From a virus (Duplodnaviria; Caudoviricetes): 24,447 nt of DNA. Shown one piece after another: positions 7,782-17,338 of the stretch (position 1 is its first letter; each line of letters begins with the position of its first letter). The position numbers and the translations under genes were made by a program. The stretch is taken from IMG/VR virus record IMGVR_UViG_3300020044_003100, positions 1 to 24,447 of that record. One strand, 5' to 3'. The notes beneath the pieces are model-generated. The model did no database searches and was not told the DNA's origin. It was given only the letters and a program-made list of their open reading frames with translations.

Positions 7782-9234
7782 TATGTTTAGCCCTTAATCT
7801 TGCTAATTCATCATCAGGAGGAGTAGCATTTTCTTTATCTACTGGTTGTTCTGTTGGTGGAATCCAAGTAGAAGGCACTTTAAAACGTTTGTAATCAAAA
7901 GTTTTTCCTGTACCTGATTCATATCCGCCTGCTAAACCATGAACTTTACCAGCTAATAAATTTTGAAACGTGGAAATTACTCCTTTAAGCTGGGCAGGGC
8001 TATTTGCCCTATCTAAAGTATCAGCCATAGCTTTACGTTCTTCAACACCACCTCCAGTAGCCGAAATAGTTTTCATAATTTCGCCTGCTACAACACGTCT
8101 AGCAGCGTCAAAATTTGTAGGCGCAGATTTCCCCGTTTTTGAGGATATATTTTGAGATAGTGCATTAATAGCATTAATATCATTATTTTCCAAAGCGTCA
8201 GCTAAATTAGTCATAAGGTCTAAATGCTGCCCTGCGGTTGATAAAGCTATCAATGATTTTCCTTGTACCCCTGCTGGAGAATATGCTTTTTCAGTTGCTT
8301 TTTGAGCGCCAATATTGATGCTTCCGGATATTACTTCATTAGGGTCTTGTTTACTGTTTGCCATATAAGAAAGAACTTCAGACATGCGTTTTCTAGGAAT
8401 ACTAGGATTTACACCGTTTTTAATTAATTCGCCTAAATATGCTAATTCATTAGGGTTATAAGGCGTTTCAGTTTCCGCTTTATTAGCAATATCATTATCT
8501 AATCGATCTTGAGATAATTTTAATTGCGAGCGCATAATATTCAATCTTTCTTGTTCTACAGGATCAACTAACCTTGCGTTAGCTAAAGATTTATCTATTT
8601 GATAATCTCCGTAAGATTTGCCAGACGGGTCTTTCATCCATTCAAAAGTGCCAGGTACTTTACCTGGAACTGCACCTTGAGGTATACCTTTATATAATGC
8701 TTCCTGTTTATTTTTTGCTTCTTCAGACTTTAATTTTTGAAGGGACATAAACGAGTTAGTTATTTCTGGCGCTACTTCAGAAGCGCCTAAAACACTTTGC
8801 ATTTGTTGTGCGGGAGTCAATGTTTCAAAATTAGCAACTGGCGGTTGTTGCATTGGTACAGCAGGTGTGCCTTGAGGTTGAGCTTCACCAGTTAATAATG
8901 CTCCTGCACGTTTCCATAGTGAAGGTGATTGTGCAGGCGTACCTGCTGCTTCAAGCTCTTGCTGAGTTGCTGGAATACCTAAACCTTGTTTAGCTGCAAT
9001 AACATCTTTTAAACGTTGGGTGTGTAAAGCTTTAATTTCACTTTCGGCTTGGTTTTCTTTGTATGCCCCTATACCTTGTTTAAGTAACCCCGATAATTGT
9101 TGCGCCATAGTTGGGGCAACGTACCAATCACCAACCATATGTCCGGTAGAAGGGATTTCAGTATCGCGTAACTTACGCGCTAAATCTCTTTGCTGTTGTG
9201 CGCCTAGAATTTCAGTATCGTATACGCCAGCCAT
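7774..9234 (-). CDS. Putative internal virion / DNA ejection protein (486 aa)
   Basis: Helical, Gln/Ala-rich protein in the ejection block, with overlaps to both neighbours. Confidence 0.6.
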   Translation of the reverse strand: MAGVYDTEILGAQQQRDLARKLRDTEIPSTGHMVGDWYVAPTMAQQLSGLLKQGIGAYKENQAESEIKALHTQRLKDVIAAKQGLGIPATQQELEAAGTPAQSPSLWKRAGALLTGEAQPQGTPAVPMQQPPVANFETLTPAQQMQSVLGASEVAPEITNSFMSLQKLKSEEAKNKQEALYKGIPQGAVPGKVPGTFEWMKDPSGKSYGDYQIDKSLANARLVDPVEQERLNIMRSQLKLSQDRLDNDIANKAETETPYNPNELAYLGELIKNGVNPSIPRKRMSEVLSYMANSKQDPNEVISGSINIGAQKATEKAYSPAGVQGKSLIALSTAGQHLDLMTNLADALENNDINAINALSQNISSKTGKSAPTNFDAARRVVAGEIMKTISATGGGVEERKAMADTLDRANSPAQLKGVISTFQNLLAGKVHGLAGGYESGTGKTFDYKRFKVPSTWIPPTEQPVDKENATPPDDELARLRAKHNG

Positions 9235-9650
9235 TAAAATAACCCCTTCAAGCCTTTATAAGCTGATCCAGCATAATTGCCTATAGAGTTACCATAAGAG
9301 GCTAATTTGTCGGTCATGGGCTTTACATTAGCATACGATTTAGCGCCCATCATTCCACCTAAAGCTTTGTCCATTCCACCGCTTTGGTAATCATCATAAA
9401 TTTTAGATGCTTGGTCTATACGATCAAAAATATTAGCCTTATGATTTGGGTCTTTAATCGGCATGTTCATATCATTAGCCGAATAATTCTGCAATGCTGA
9501 TCCTAATGCTTCAGGCGATAACTGATTTAAGTCTTGCTGAGGCGCGTTCATCTGAGGCTGCCCTTGCATTTGAGCCGTACCTGTAGGGCTAAATATAGGG
9601 TTTGGCATAACTACTGGCGCAGGTTGCATGTAAGGGTTAGGTGAATTCAT
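9234..9650 (-). CDS. Hypothetical protein, probably a small internal virion protein (138 aa)
   Basis: Low-complexity Pro/Gln/Met N-terminus and Gly-rich amphipathic C-terminus. TAATG coupling downstream. Confidence 0.55.
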   Translation of the reverse strand: MNSPNPYMQPAPVVMPNPIFSPTGTAQMQGQPQMNAPQQDLNQLSPEALGSALQNYSANDMNMPIKDPNHKANIFDRIDQASKIYDDYQSGGMDKALGGMMGAKSYANVKPMTDKLASYGNSIGNYAGSAYKGLKGLF

Positions 9651-9651
9651 G

Positions 9652-9957
9652 TTAAGCTACCCTTCTTATAATAGGTAAAAGTGTGCTATATAAATAGATG
9701 TGCCTAATATTTGCATTATTAATCACATCTTGTTCTCTAGGGTAAAATTCAACAGCATCAAAGTGTTGAAATCCACAAGCGTTTTTTATCTGCCGCATAT
9801 CATCCCATGATAACCCGTCAGTCTTATCTAATTTTTCAATATCCAAACGAATAGTGTTTTGATCTAAAAAAGCTAAAACTTTATATTCATCAGATTCCCA
9901 AGCACCGACACTAGGCTCGGAAAAACATGATAAAAAATGACCTTCAAGCCGTTGCAT
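9652..9957 (-). CDS. Globular hypothetical protein (101 aa)
   Basis: ATG 9957 overlaps the upstream TGA (TGATG). Motif-rich segment SWDDMRQIKNACGF...AVEFYP...VINNANIRHIY. Confidence 0.65.
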   Translation of the reverse strand: MQRLEGHFLSCFSEPSVGAWESDEYKVLAFLDQNTIRLDIEKLDKTDGLSWDDMRQIKNACGFQHFDAVEFYPREQDVINNANIRHIYLYSTLLPIIRRVA

Positions 9958-10916
9958 CAAAACAAAGCCCCTGCTGCGCCTATAGCTGCCGCGTTAGTTT
10001 GAGCTGCTGCTGCTGATTGAGCGTTGTACAATCCTTGATTATATTGACCTTGTGCAGTTACCGCGCCTAGCATATCAGGCCCTGCCGTACCTTGTTGAGT
10101 AGCACTTCCTAAAGCTGCAGGGTTTGATACCCCTACTTGAGGCATTTGCGCTACTTGCAGTTGTTGACCTGTACGAACAGCATTAAGCATGTTCAAAGGG
10201 TTTTGTTGCAAAGCTTGTTGTTCAGCAATTTGTTGCTGACGAGTTCCCATCGCTTGTTGATATTGTTGTTGACCGCCAGATAATCCTTGTATATATGCTT
10301 GGTTTCTTGCGCTTTCATAGGCTTGTTGTTGCTGATTTCCAGCGTTCAGCATAGCATTATTGTAAGCTTCTGAGCCTTGAGTAATGCCTTGATTAGCTAA
10401 TCTGTTAGCTAATTGAGCATTAGATTGTTTAAATTGAGGATCAAGATACTGAGCTGCATTTTGGTATGCTGCATCGCTGGCTTGTTGTTGAAGCTGACCA
10501 GGGGTATAAAGTTGTTGATTTTGTGAAAAATCCAAAGGGTTATCTAATGATTTTTGAACTAAACCAACCCCTGTTTCAGCTATATTCCCTAAGTTCTGAT
10601 TAATTCTTTGATTTTGATTATAAAGCACCTGTTGTTCAGGGCTTAACGTCATGGTTTGAGTCCATTGACGGAATATACTAGGGTCAGTTATATCAGTAGG
10701 TGTAGTGGGGTTGCCTAGTTTATCTAAATAGGTAGGTGTATAAGATATTTTACCGTAGGGCGTGATTTGGTTAGTCATCGACCCATATTGCCCCATTAAC
10801 TGAAGTCTTTGATTAGCTGCGGCAGTTTCTCGCGCTGCAGCTGCATTACCTTCAGCGGTAGCTCTAGCTGCGCCTGTATAATCAGGTGCGGATGGGGGTT
10901 TAGGCTGTTCACTCAT
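9957..10916 (-). CDS. Putative DNA pilot / ejection protein (319 aa)
   Basis: N-terminal PKPPSAPDY, Gln/Ala/Asn-rich helical body with LANQGITQGSEAY, Ala/Gly-rich hydrophobic C-terminus. Follows the nozzle and GNAT genes, as P22 gp7-like genes do. Confidence 0.65.
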   Translation of the reverse strand: MSEQPKPPSAPDYTGAARATAEGNAAAARETAAANQRLQLMGQYGSMTNQITPYGKISYTPTYLDKLGNPTTPTDITDPSIFRQWTQTMTLSPEQQVLYNQNQRINQNLGNIAETGVGLVQKSLDNPLDFSQNQQLYTPGQLQQQASDAAYQNAAQYLDPQFKQSNAQLANRLANQGITQGSEAYNNAMLNAGNQQQQAYESARNQAYIQGLSGGQQQYQQAMGTRQQQIAEQQALQQNPLNMLNAVRTGQQLQVAQMPQVGVSNPAALGSATQQGTAGPDMLGAVTAQGQYNQGLYNAQSAAAAQTNAAAIGAAGALF

Positions 10917-10970
10917 GTTTTAATGTCCTATGGGGTTCGGCATAAAAACTGGGTCGCCAGATTTCACGCT

Positions 10971-10997
10971 AGTATATCAAATAAATCGTGTTTGCAA
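10971..10997 (-). promoter_or_regulatory. Putative sigma70-like promoter for the ejection-protein block
   Basis: Minus strand reads TTGCAA-N15-TATACT with an extended -10 (TGA-TATACT), in an 84-nt intergenic gap. Confidence 0.5.
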
Positions 10998-11000
10998 TAT

Positions 11001-11405
11001 TTATTTCAAATATCGACACTGTTCTTTAGTCATTGTTAATAGATGCAAATCCCCATCAGGCGCTGCATCTTTAATGATCGCTTCAGGAATAAATCCAAAA
11101 TGTTTAGCCACTCGCAACGATTTTACGTTTGTACTGGGTATAGGAGCTATCAACTTATGTAAGTCCAGCTCAACAAAAGGATAATGAAAAGCGTACCACA
11201 TTGCTTCTTTAGTAAACCACCCTTTTAAAGCAACGTGCATCTGCATACTCTTACCGTTATAGCAATTATACCCAGTAGCGCAGGTTATTACGCCATTTGA
11301 TTCTGTAGCGATATACGCCATATTTGTAAAGCTATACTCATTACCATTAGCTTCGCTAAACCATTTTCCTATGCGTTCTTGGTCATCCGTAAAGACACGG
11401 ATCAT
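11001..11405 (-). CDS. GNAT-fold acetyltransferase-like protein (134 aa)
   Basis: RimJ/RimL-like C-terminal motif LIAPIPSTNVKSLRVAKHFGFIPEAII. Sits between nozzle and ejection genes, the P22 gp14 / T7 gp13 position. Confidence 0.8.
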   Translation of the reverse strand: MIRVFTDDQERIGKWFSEANGNEYSFTNMAYIATESNGVITCATGYNCYNGKSMQMHVALKGWFTKEAMWYAFHYPFVELDLHKLIAPIPSTNVKSLRVAKHFGFIPEAIIKDAAPDGDLHLLTMTKEQCRYLK

Positions 11406-12955
11406 TACAATACGCCTCCAGGCTCAAATACATAAGTCGTAGAATAATACCGAATATCGGTAATAGCACTCAATGTTTTAATTCGATATGATCCGTAATA
11501 GCCTAATCCACTGGCTAAATTCCATCGATTATAGGGTGTAATAGCATCAGTTCCCCAGATACCAACATCCCAAGCGTCTACATCCCAATTAGCTGTCGCC
11601 ACATCATAAGTAGCATTTGGAGCGTCACTTGCGGATATAAAATCAAAATCAAGATTTAATAATGAGGTATAGCCAAAATTACCATTAGCCCCCATAGATA
11701 CAGAAGCCATAGTCCATCGTTTAATTCGATTACCAAAACCAAAAGTGCTAAATGCAGGTAACAGATCAGTAATTACTGGAACACCATTATCCGCTTGAGT
11801 GTCCCAAGCCTTACAAACTGTTCCAGCAGTTCCAAAATATAAATTCTCATTGGCAAAGTACCAACAATATGCAGGGATGTTAGTCCATCTTGACCATGCA
11901 CCTGAGATAGTGTTCATAACATATTGATAACTAACCGTACTACTAACGGGAATGTTTACCAAAAGCATGTTTTGAGGAGGGTAAAGAAGCAAATCCCAAT
12001 TTGCATTGTCTTTGTATAAAGTAGTATCTGAAGCAATTTGATTCTGAATCTTATCAGTAATCATTAAATGTGTATTAACACGGCTAGACATTAATGATTT
12101 TGATAAAGGAATTAAGCCATCCTTGTTCAAAAACATAACGTCGCCACCATATTTACAGGTGCAACGTGTGCCTACAGGTGAACCAACTAAATAAACCCCA
12201 ACTAAAGCCCATTCAGCAGCATTAGATGGATCAGTACCTTTGTAAACAGCTATTTGACCTGAAGACGTAATGACGACAAAATAATCGTCCATACCATAGC
12301 CAGCATCCAATGACCAAGTATCAATCTTAGTAATCGAACCACCTAATTCAAAGATAGGCCCGAAATCAAATACAGTTGCTGCACCAGCAATCGCATCGGT
12401 GCCTAAGTACCAGCATTTTAAAGATTGTTTTTGTATGAACCAATTACGTCTTTTATGCGTGTGAACATCGATTAAACTGGTGGTGGCTATACCTGTAATG
12501 GCATAAGGCGTAGACACTCCTGTAACTGTGTAATAAGTCGCACCATCATAGATACGCATATAATCAGTGCCATTAACGGCTAGAAGAAACGAACCTCCAG
12601 AAGTAGCAAATTGAACGTGTTGCCATCTAGCACTAGAAAGGCCTGTAATAATAGGTGATCCTACAACGCCTTGCGAAGTTACATCATAAAGTTTACCTGT
12701 ACTTGTAGTAGCAAAAAGCTTTTCTGTACCACTTGGAGCATCATAATCAATTAATGTTGTTACGTCCCCATCGAGGCCTGTTGCCCATTCAGAATACCCT
12801 TTACGAGTCCTTAATTCAGTAGGCGTACAAAACCAGTTATCTAAAATAACAGCATCAGTAGGCTTCATTTCCGCTAAAGGATCGCGAGCGTTCCACCCCC
12901 CAGTAGGAGCGGTTACAGTAACTGTTCTTGCATTTTGCCTTCTTGGTTGTAACAT
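11405..12955 (-). CDS. Tail nozzle / stabilisation protein (P22 gp10- or T7 gp12-like, 516 aa)
   Basis: N-terminal APTGGWNARD...DAVILDNW...RKGY and beta-propeller-like composition. Follows the adaptor gene. Confidence 0.75.
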   Translation of the reverse strand: MLQPRRQNARTVTVTAPTGGWNARDPLAEMKPTDAVILDNWFCTPTELRTRKGYSEWATGLDGDVTTLIDYDAPSGTEKLFATTSTGKLYDVTSQGVVGSPIITGLSSARWQHVQFATSGGSFLLAVNGTDYMRIYDGATYYTVTGVSTPYAITGIATTSLIDVHTHKRRNWFIQKQSLKCWYLGTDAIAGAATVFDFGPIFELGGSITKIDTWSLDAGYGMDDYFVVITSSGQIAVYKGTDPSNAAEWALVGVYLVGSPVGTRCTCKYGGDVMFLNKDGLIPLSKSLMSSRVNTHLMITDKIQNQIASDTTLYKDNANWDLLLYPPQNMLLVNIPVSSTVSYQYVMNTISGAWSRWTNIPAYCWYFANENLYFGTAGTVCKAWDTQADNGVPVITDLLPAFSTFGFGNRIKRWTMASVSMGANGNFGYTSLLNLDFDFISASDAPNATYDVATANWDVDAWDVGIWGTDAITPYNRWNLASGLGYYGSYRIKTLSAITDIRYYSTTYVFEPGGVL

Positions 12956-12965
12956 TTATTAGTTC

Positions 12966-13874
12966 CTAAGAAGTAGAGTTCCCAAAACCCGTATCCGGTA
13001 TATTGTTCTGCGTAAGTAGGATATTTGGATAGCGTGGGGCGAGTGATAAAGTATCAGCGCCAGATTCAGAAGCTTTCCATTTATCTAATTCACGGGTGTA
13101 ATCTTGAAGAACAGCCGTTGTATCAAAACCTTTAATCTCAAATAGCTTAAGTTTAGTACCTAAAATTAAAACTCTGTCAGGAAATCGGCTGGTATCAGTA
13201 TCAGCAGAATATTTAGTTTTGAGCGTACCGTCTGCTGCATAAACCCATGCATTAGACACATATTCAAACCCTAAAACCAATGTAGCAGTTGGCATAGGCC
13301 ATAATGTAAACTTATCCCCCATCATGCGGAAACGCATACGAGGGCCAGTTGTTACATAACTAGCTTTAAGCCATTGCCATTCCTGAGCATCTTTAGGGCC
13401 GATAATTGACCATCGGTTAGATTTATTGTACTGAGTTTTATCTACCATACGAGCGTAATCGCTGGGCATATCATATTTGGCTTGACCAAAAGTGATAGTG
13501 ATTCCGGTAGCAGATTCAGTAGAGGGGATAGACATTTCAGCAGTAGTAGTACCCACAGCAGTTAAAAAACTGTCTTGTTGAATACCTGTGCCAGTCGCCA
13601 TAAATTCAGTAGATAGTCCTACTACTGAACTTAAGTTAGTAATTGTTGTTGATCCTGCCGTTACATCACCTGTATATTGATAATATACCGTTTCAAATCG
13701 ATATTCTGAAGCCAAAGTCTGCCAATCCCTATCAGTTGATAGGGTATCGCCAGTTCGGTTCATCAGTGCCATTATTTGAAGCACTTGCGGATCAGACGAG
13801 GAAGCCACCGCATTAGGGACAACCAACCCTAGTTCTAAACAGACATCTTGAACGTTCGATAAAAGGGTTGCCAT
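12966..13874 (-). CDS. Head-tail adaptor / tail tubular protein A-like (302 aa)
   Basis: Helical N-terminus (TLLSNVQDVCLELG...WQTL), GQAKYDMPSDY, FTLWPMP, helical C-terminus. Precedes the nozzle gene. Confidence 0.7.
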   Translation of the reverse strand: MATLLSNVQDVCLELGLVVPNAVASSSDPQVLQIMALMNRTGDTLSTDRDWQTLASEYRFETVYYQYTGDVTAGSTTITNLSSVVGLSTEFMATGTGIQQDSFLTAVGTTTAEMSIPSTESATGITITFGQAKYDMPSDYARMVDKTQYNKSNRWSIIGPKDAQEWQWLKASYVTTGPRMRFRMMGDKFTLWPMPTATLVLGFEYVSNAWVYAADGTLKTKYSADTDTSRFPDRVLILGTKLKLFEIKGFDTTAVLQDYTRELDKWKASESGADTLSLAPRYPNILLTQNNIPDTGFGNSTS

Positions 13875-13883
13875 ATTATGTTC

Positions 13884-14432
13884 CTATGCTATTGGTACTT
13901 CTGGATCAATTTCAGTAGCTTCAGTGCTTTTTCGAGTACGTTTAGGCTTCTCGATATTCATTGAAGTCATCAAAAGCTTCATCTGTTCTTGAAGTTCTGC
14001 TATTTGGTCATTTTGTTGCTGAATTATAACATCAGCATCAATTTTACCTCTATTTAAAAAAGCTTGCGCTTTGGTTCTTAATTGCATACCCCCCATCATT
14101 CTAGCAAATGCTGAATCAGGTGCGCTTGCAACTTGTTCTATAAATCTGAAGCCTTGATAGGCTAATTCATGGCGCAATGATTCGGATATTTCTAACCATT
14201 CAACCATTGGCGTTCCTTTTATGTCTTTAAGTCCTTTATAAGCGTCCCATTGCCTTGCAAATCTCCGTTTGTGTGAATCTTCAACCATTGTATCAATAGT
14301 TAAGGATTTATCACCTGGTACTCCGATTCTGATAAAATCTTCTTCTTTACCTTCGTAAATACCTTCATAAAACGATACATCTAAATACGCATCGCCGCCT
14401 ACATCACCTACATAACTAATATCATCAGCCAT
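13884..14432 (-). CDS. Hypothetical phage protein (182 aa)
   Basis: Intact ORF. ELAYQGFRFIEQVA resembles an HhH/SAM-like helical motif, followed by a coiled coil and basic tail. Confidence 0.7.
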   Translation of the reverse strand: MADDISYVGDVGGDAYLDVSFYEGIYEGKEEDFIRIGVPGDKSLTIDTMVEDSHKRRFARQWDAYKGLKDIKGTPMVEWLEISESLRHELAYQGFRFIEQVASAPDSAFARMMGGMQLRTKAQAFLNRGKIDADVIIQQQNDQIAELQEQMKLLMTSMNIEKPKRTRKSTEATEIDPEVPIA

Positions 14433-14457
14433 TTTTAAAGCATCCCGTTTAGGAGTT

Positions 14458-14485
14458 AAAATAGGAGGGCTAGTTTTAGCCCTCC
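14458..14485 (-). terminator. Rho-independent terminator after the capsid and decoration genes
   Basis: Perfect 9-bp stem GGAGGGCTA-AAAC-TAGCCCTCC (14464-14485) followed by TATTTT on the minus strand. The short U-tract suggests it is leaky. Confidence 0.8.
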
Positions 14486-14500
14486 ATACATTACATCAGA

Positions 14501-14995
14501 TTATACTATTTGACCTTGATGGAAAGGACGGTTGATTTCAATCAACGCCAAACCAGTTGAAGGTGTACCAGTTGTAGTAGTAACTTTAGCGTTAAGGATT
14601 TGTTCACCATTAACAGCAGCGTCATCTACAGAACCAGGAGTTGCAGCCAACATAAATACATCAGCGCCAACAACCATAGCGTTTGGAGCTTTAACAGCTG
14701 CAACACCAGTTATTTGATACCAACCATATTGGTTAGCTACGTTAATCGACATAGCGACAGCAACAGGGCCTGTACCAGTAGTAGCAGGTGCTAAAGTTGT
14801 AGTTGCTAAGTAACTATCGTAATCAACCAATGAGCCTACAACAGTTGAGGCAACGCCTTTAAGATAAATAAATTCCCCAGCACCATAAACAGGGTCTTCA
14901 GCACGAACAATAGTACCTAAAGCATGGTTTTGAGTAGTTTCGGATACTGCAATAGGCTGAGGGCCTATTAACGGGTTTGTAATTTTATAAGCCAT
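14501..14995 (-). CDS. Putative capsid decoration / cement protein (164 aa)
   Basis: Immediately after the major capsid gene and before the terminator. Beta-rich, with GEFIYLKG and NQYGWYQITG motifs. Confidence 0.65.
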   Translation of the reverse strand: MAYKITNPLIGPQPIAVSETTQNHALGTIVRAEDPVYGAGEFIYLKGVASTVVGSLVDYDSYLATTTLAPATTGTGPVAVAMSINVANQYGWYQITGVAAVKAPNAMVVGADVFMLAATPGSVDDAAVNGEQILNAKVTTTTGTPSTGLALIEINRPFHQGQIV

Positions 14996-15013
14996 TTGAG
15001 TTAAACCTTCTGA

Positions 15014-16012
15014 TTACAGAGTTGAGAAAGTAGCGTTGAATTGAGCGCCTGAGCAAGTTAATGCGCCAGAGAAGCCAATTAAACGAACGATTGCATCTTG
15101 GTTTACCGCTTGGCGATCACCACCGATAGGAACAAAGTTGCGGTCTTTGTGTGGACGGAAATAAACATATTTAGTGTTTATGAAGTCCATACGAGTTGCA
15201 GTTTGGTTTCCACCGATACCACCACCCAATACAACGTCAGCAGAACCAGCACCGCCATAAAATTTCAATGCACTGAAACCAGCTGCACCTAATTTATCAT
15301 CAGTGATACGTTGAATAGCTTGTAAAGATGACAAATAAACAGAGTATGCAGTTGAACCAGCATAGATCAAGTCAACATGGTCAGTACCACGAACAACAGA
15401 CAATGCTACAGTGTTCATGCTGTTTTGGATGTTAGCTGCAGTTGCACCTGATCCAGCCAAACCAGTAGAAGTGTAAGCTCCATTGCGCCAGAAAGCCCAA
15501 GTAGCACGATCAATACCACCGTAAGTACCAGTAGAAGGTGTAGTGCTAATCATAGCCGCTAAACCAACTAAGTTTTTACCAGCATTACCAGTTCCATCAC
15601 CATGTAAATCAGTGTCAATTTTGTTGCGTAAGCGAGCTTCAGCAATTTCAACACGAGTTGCAAGCAATTCAATCATTTGCTCTTTACCGCTGTTTTGTAA
15701 CATTTCAGGGCCTGAAATAGTTACTGCATCGGCATAGTGCTTTAAGTTAAATTGAGCAGCACTGATAGGACTGTCAGGTGAAATATTAATAGTTTCATAA
15801 CCGGAGTATGAAGCCGCATAGTTTGTGTTAGGGTCGTTATAGAACAATTCTTGTAAAATTGTTGAACCACCAGAAATAGTTTTGATATTCCCACGTTCTG
15901 ACAACCTCATCAATAAAGCATTGTTGTTAGATAAGTTGTTTTGAGCCGATTTAGTACGGGATTCAATGGTTGTAGCGATAATATCGCTGATTGCACTGTT
16001 GGCGAAAGCCAT
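15014..16012 (-). CDS. Major capsid protein (332 aa)
   Basis: Size and position after the scaffold gene, SD AGAGGA, HK97-type-like motifs (NNALL, SYSGYE, LHGDGTG, GTYGGIDR). Confidence 0.88.
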   Translation of the reverse strand: MAFANSAISDIIATTIESRTKSAQNNLSNNNALLMRLSERGNIKTISGGSTILQELFYNDPNTNYAASYSGYETINISPDSPISAAQFNLKHYADAVTISGPEMLQNSGKEQMIELLATRVEIAEARLRNKIDTDLHGDGTGNAGKNLVGLAAMISTTPSTGTYGGIDRATWAFWRNGAYTSTGLAGSGATAANIQNSMNTVALSVVRGTDHVDLIYAGSTAYSVYLSSLQAIQRITDDKLGAAGFSALKFYGGAGSADVVLGGGIGGNQTATRMDFINTKYVYFRPHKDRNFVPIGGDRQAVNQDAIVRLIGFSGALTCSGAQFNATFSTL

Positions 16013-16033
16013 AATAGTATTCCTCTAAAAAAA

Positions 16034-16999
16034 TTATAAACCGTGTAAGCGCATGGCTTGACGAACGGCATCTTCAGTTGATGCAGGTGTAACTGAACGA
16101 GTAACTCCAGCAGGAGCGCCTTTTACAGATACGGCTGCGGCCTTTGCAGCCTGAGCTGCTTGATTTGCCTGTTCTAAAGTCTGACGATTAACTCCACCTT
16201 GTTGTTGAGCAATAGTTTTGTTAAATACGTTATCATCTAGTCGTATGGCTTTCGCATAAGCATCATCCAAATCGTTTGCAAATCCACGTTCTAGCAGGTC
16301 GGCCATCGTAGCTTGTACGTCTGTAAAATGTTCATGTGATTGTGCAAATTCATCAATAGCTGATTGAATTTGTACATCCTCTTGGCTTTGTCTAAAGTTT
16401 TGAGAGGCTTGCAGTTGACTTTGGGTGTACTCCAACTGCGCTTTTAAGTTGTGCATGTTTGGATCGTAAGGCACTCCGGCTAGAGCGTTCAAATCAATCT
16501 GATAGTCATGCGCTAATTTTTGTAGCATTTCCGCTTTTTCTTGGTAAGACCCCATTCTAAGCGTATGTTCAGTTTTAAGTAAATTGGTAAATGCCACGTC
16601 AGGTGTCACGCCCAAATTACTCATGTAATCTTTATAAGGAGATATAGCTTTATCTATGGTTTTAGCATAGTTAGCCGCTTCCTTATATTGCTCAATCCCT
16701 TTATGGAATTGAGTTTCGCGTTCGATTATATACTTCTGCGTTTCCTCAGGCAACTTTTCCAGCACTTTTGCCGCTTCAGCTTTCCATGATTTCCACGGAG
16801 AGCGTTCAGGTGATACTGGTTTTGGTTCTTCAGGTGCTTCTTCTTCAGGTTTTTCAGTTTCTTCAGGGGCTAATTTATCTAATTCCCTGCCTATTATATC
16901 ATGGGTCGTTTCAGGCTCAGTTGAAGCAGTTGATGTTGATTCTTCTACTTCAGAAGATTCTACTTGGCTTGAGTCGTCAAGCATTGTATCGTCACTCAT
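16034..16999 (-). CDS. Capsid scaffolding protein (321 aa)
   Basis: Acidic disordered N-terminus, coiled coils, LDDAYAKAIR and a short basic C-terminal helix. Directly upstream of the capsid gene; SD AAGGA. Confidence 0.8.
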   Translation of the reverse strand: MSDDTMLDDSSQVESSEVEESTSTASTEPETTHDIIGRELDKLAPEETEKPEEEAPEEPKPVSPERSPWKSWKAEAAKVLEKLPEETQKYIIERETQFHKGIEQYKEAANYAKTIDKAISPYKDYMSNLGVTPDVAFTNLLKTEHTLRMGSYQEKAEMLQKLAHDYQIDLNALAGVPYDPNMHNLKAQLEYTQSQLQASQNFRQSQEDVQIQSAIDEFAQSHEHFTDVQATMADLLERGFANDLDDAYAKAIRLDDNVFNKTIAQQQGGVNRQTLEQANQAAQAAKAAAVSVKGAPAGVTRSVTPASTEDAVRQAMRLHGL

Positions 17000-17011
17000 A
17001 AATATCCTTAA

Positions 17012-17338
17012 TTAATTAAATTTTTCAGCTATTTCTTTACGCAAAGCTTCTTTTTTGCGTTTGATGGCAAAATGGTCAACTTGCGGAATATGATTATCGT
17101 TGCCAACTTCGCGTACATTATGGGTTATCAAATGCTTACGATGATGGCTTCGGCTAGTAATCATTTCACCAGTTACCATAGATTTATAAGGTTTTATATC
17201 CTCAAATACCGCTGGTGCAGATAAAACTCGGCTTGTGGATTCACCACAGCAGTCAGGTAGCTTATCCCAATCAGCTAATTTGCGGAAAATATCTTGATGC
17301 TCTCCGCAAACTCGACATTTAACTTCATATAAAGGCAT
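17012..17338 (-). CDS. FmdB-family zinc-ribbon protein (108 aa)
   Basis: Start reassigned to ATG 17338 (TAATG coupling). MPLYEVKCRVCG...PDCCG...RVLSAP matches the CxxC...CxxC/CC...S-x-P pattern. Confidence 0.85.
   Translation of the reverse strand: MPLYEVKCRVCGEHQDIFRKLADWDKLPDCCGESTSRVLSAPAVFEDIKPYKSMVTGEMITSRSHHRKHLITHNVREVGNDNHIPQVDHFAIKRKKEALRKEIAEKFN

Noticed and set aside
9940-9965. Frameshifted remnant of an S74 'SDRRLK' motif after the pilot's GALF end (MQRLE)
   Set aside because: Only two residues match, and the downstream ORF does not resemble an S74 domain.
9990-10520. TGT/TGC-rich repeats as a tandem array or CRISPR
   Set aside because: They are Gln/Ala codon runs of the pilot protein, with no fixed-length repeat-spacer structure.
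16033-16038. TATAAT upstream of the major capsid gene as a third promoter
   Set aside because: It is formed by the scaffold's last codon and stop (TTA TAA T), with no TTGC at the matching distance.
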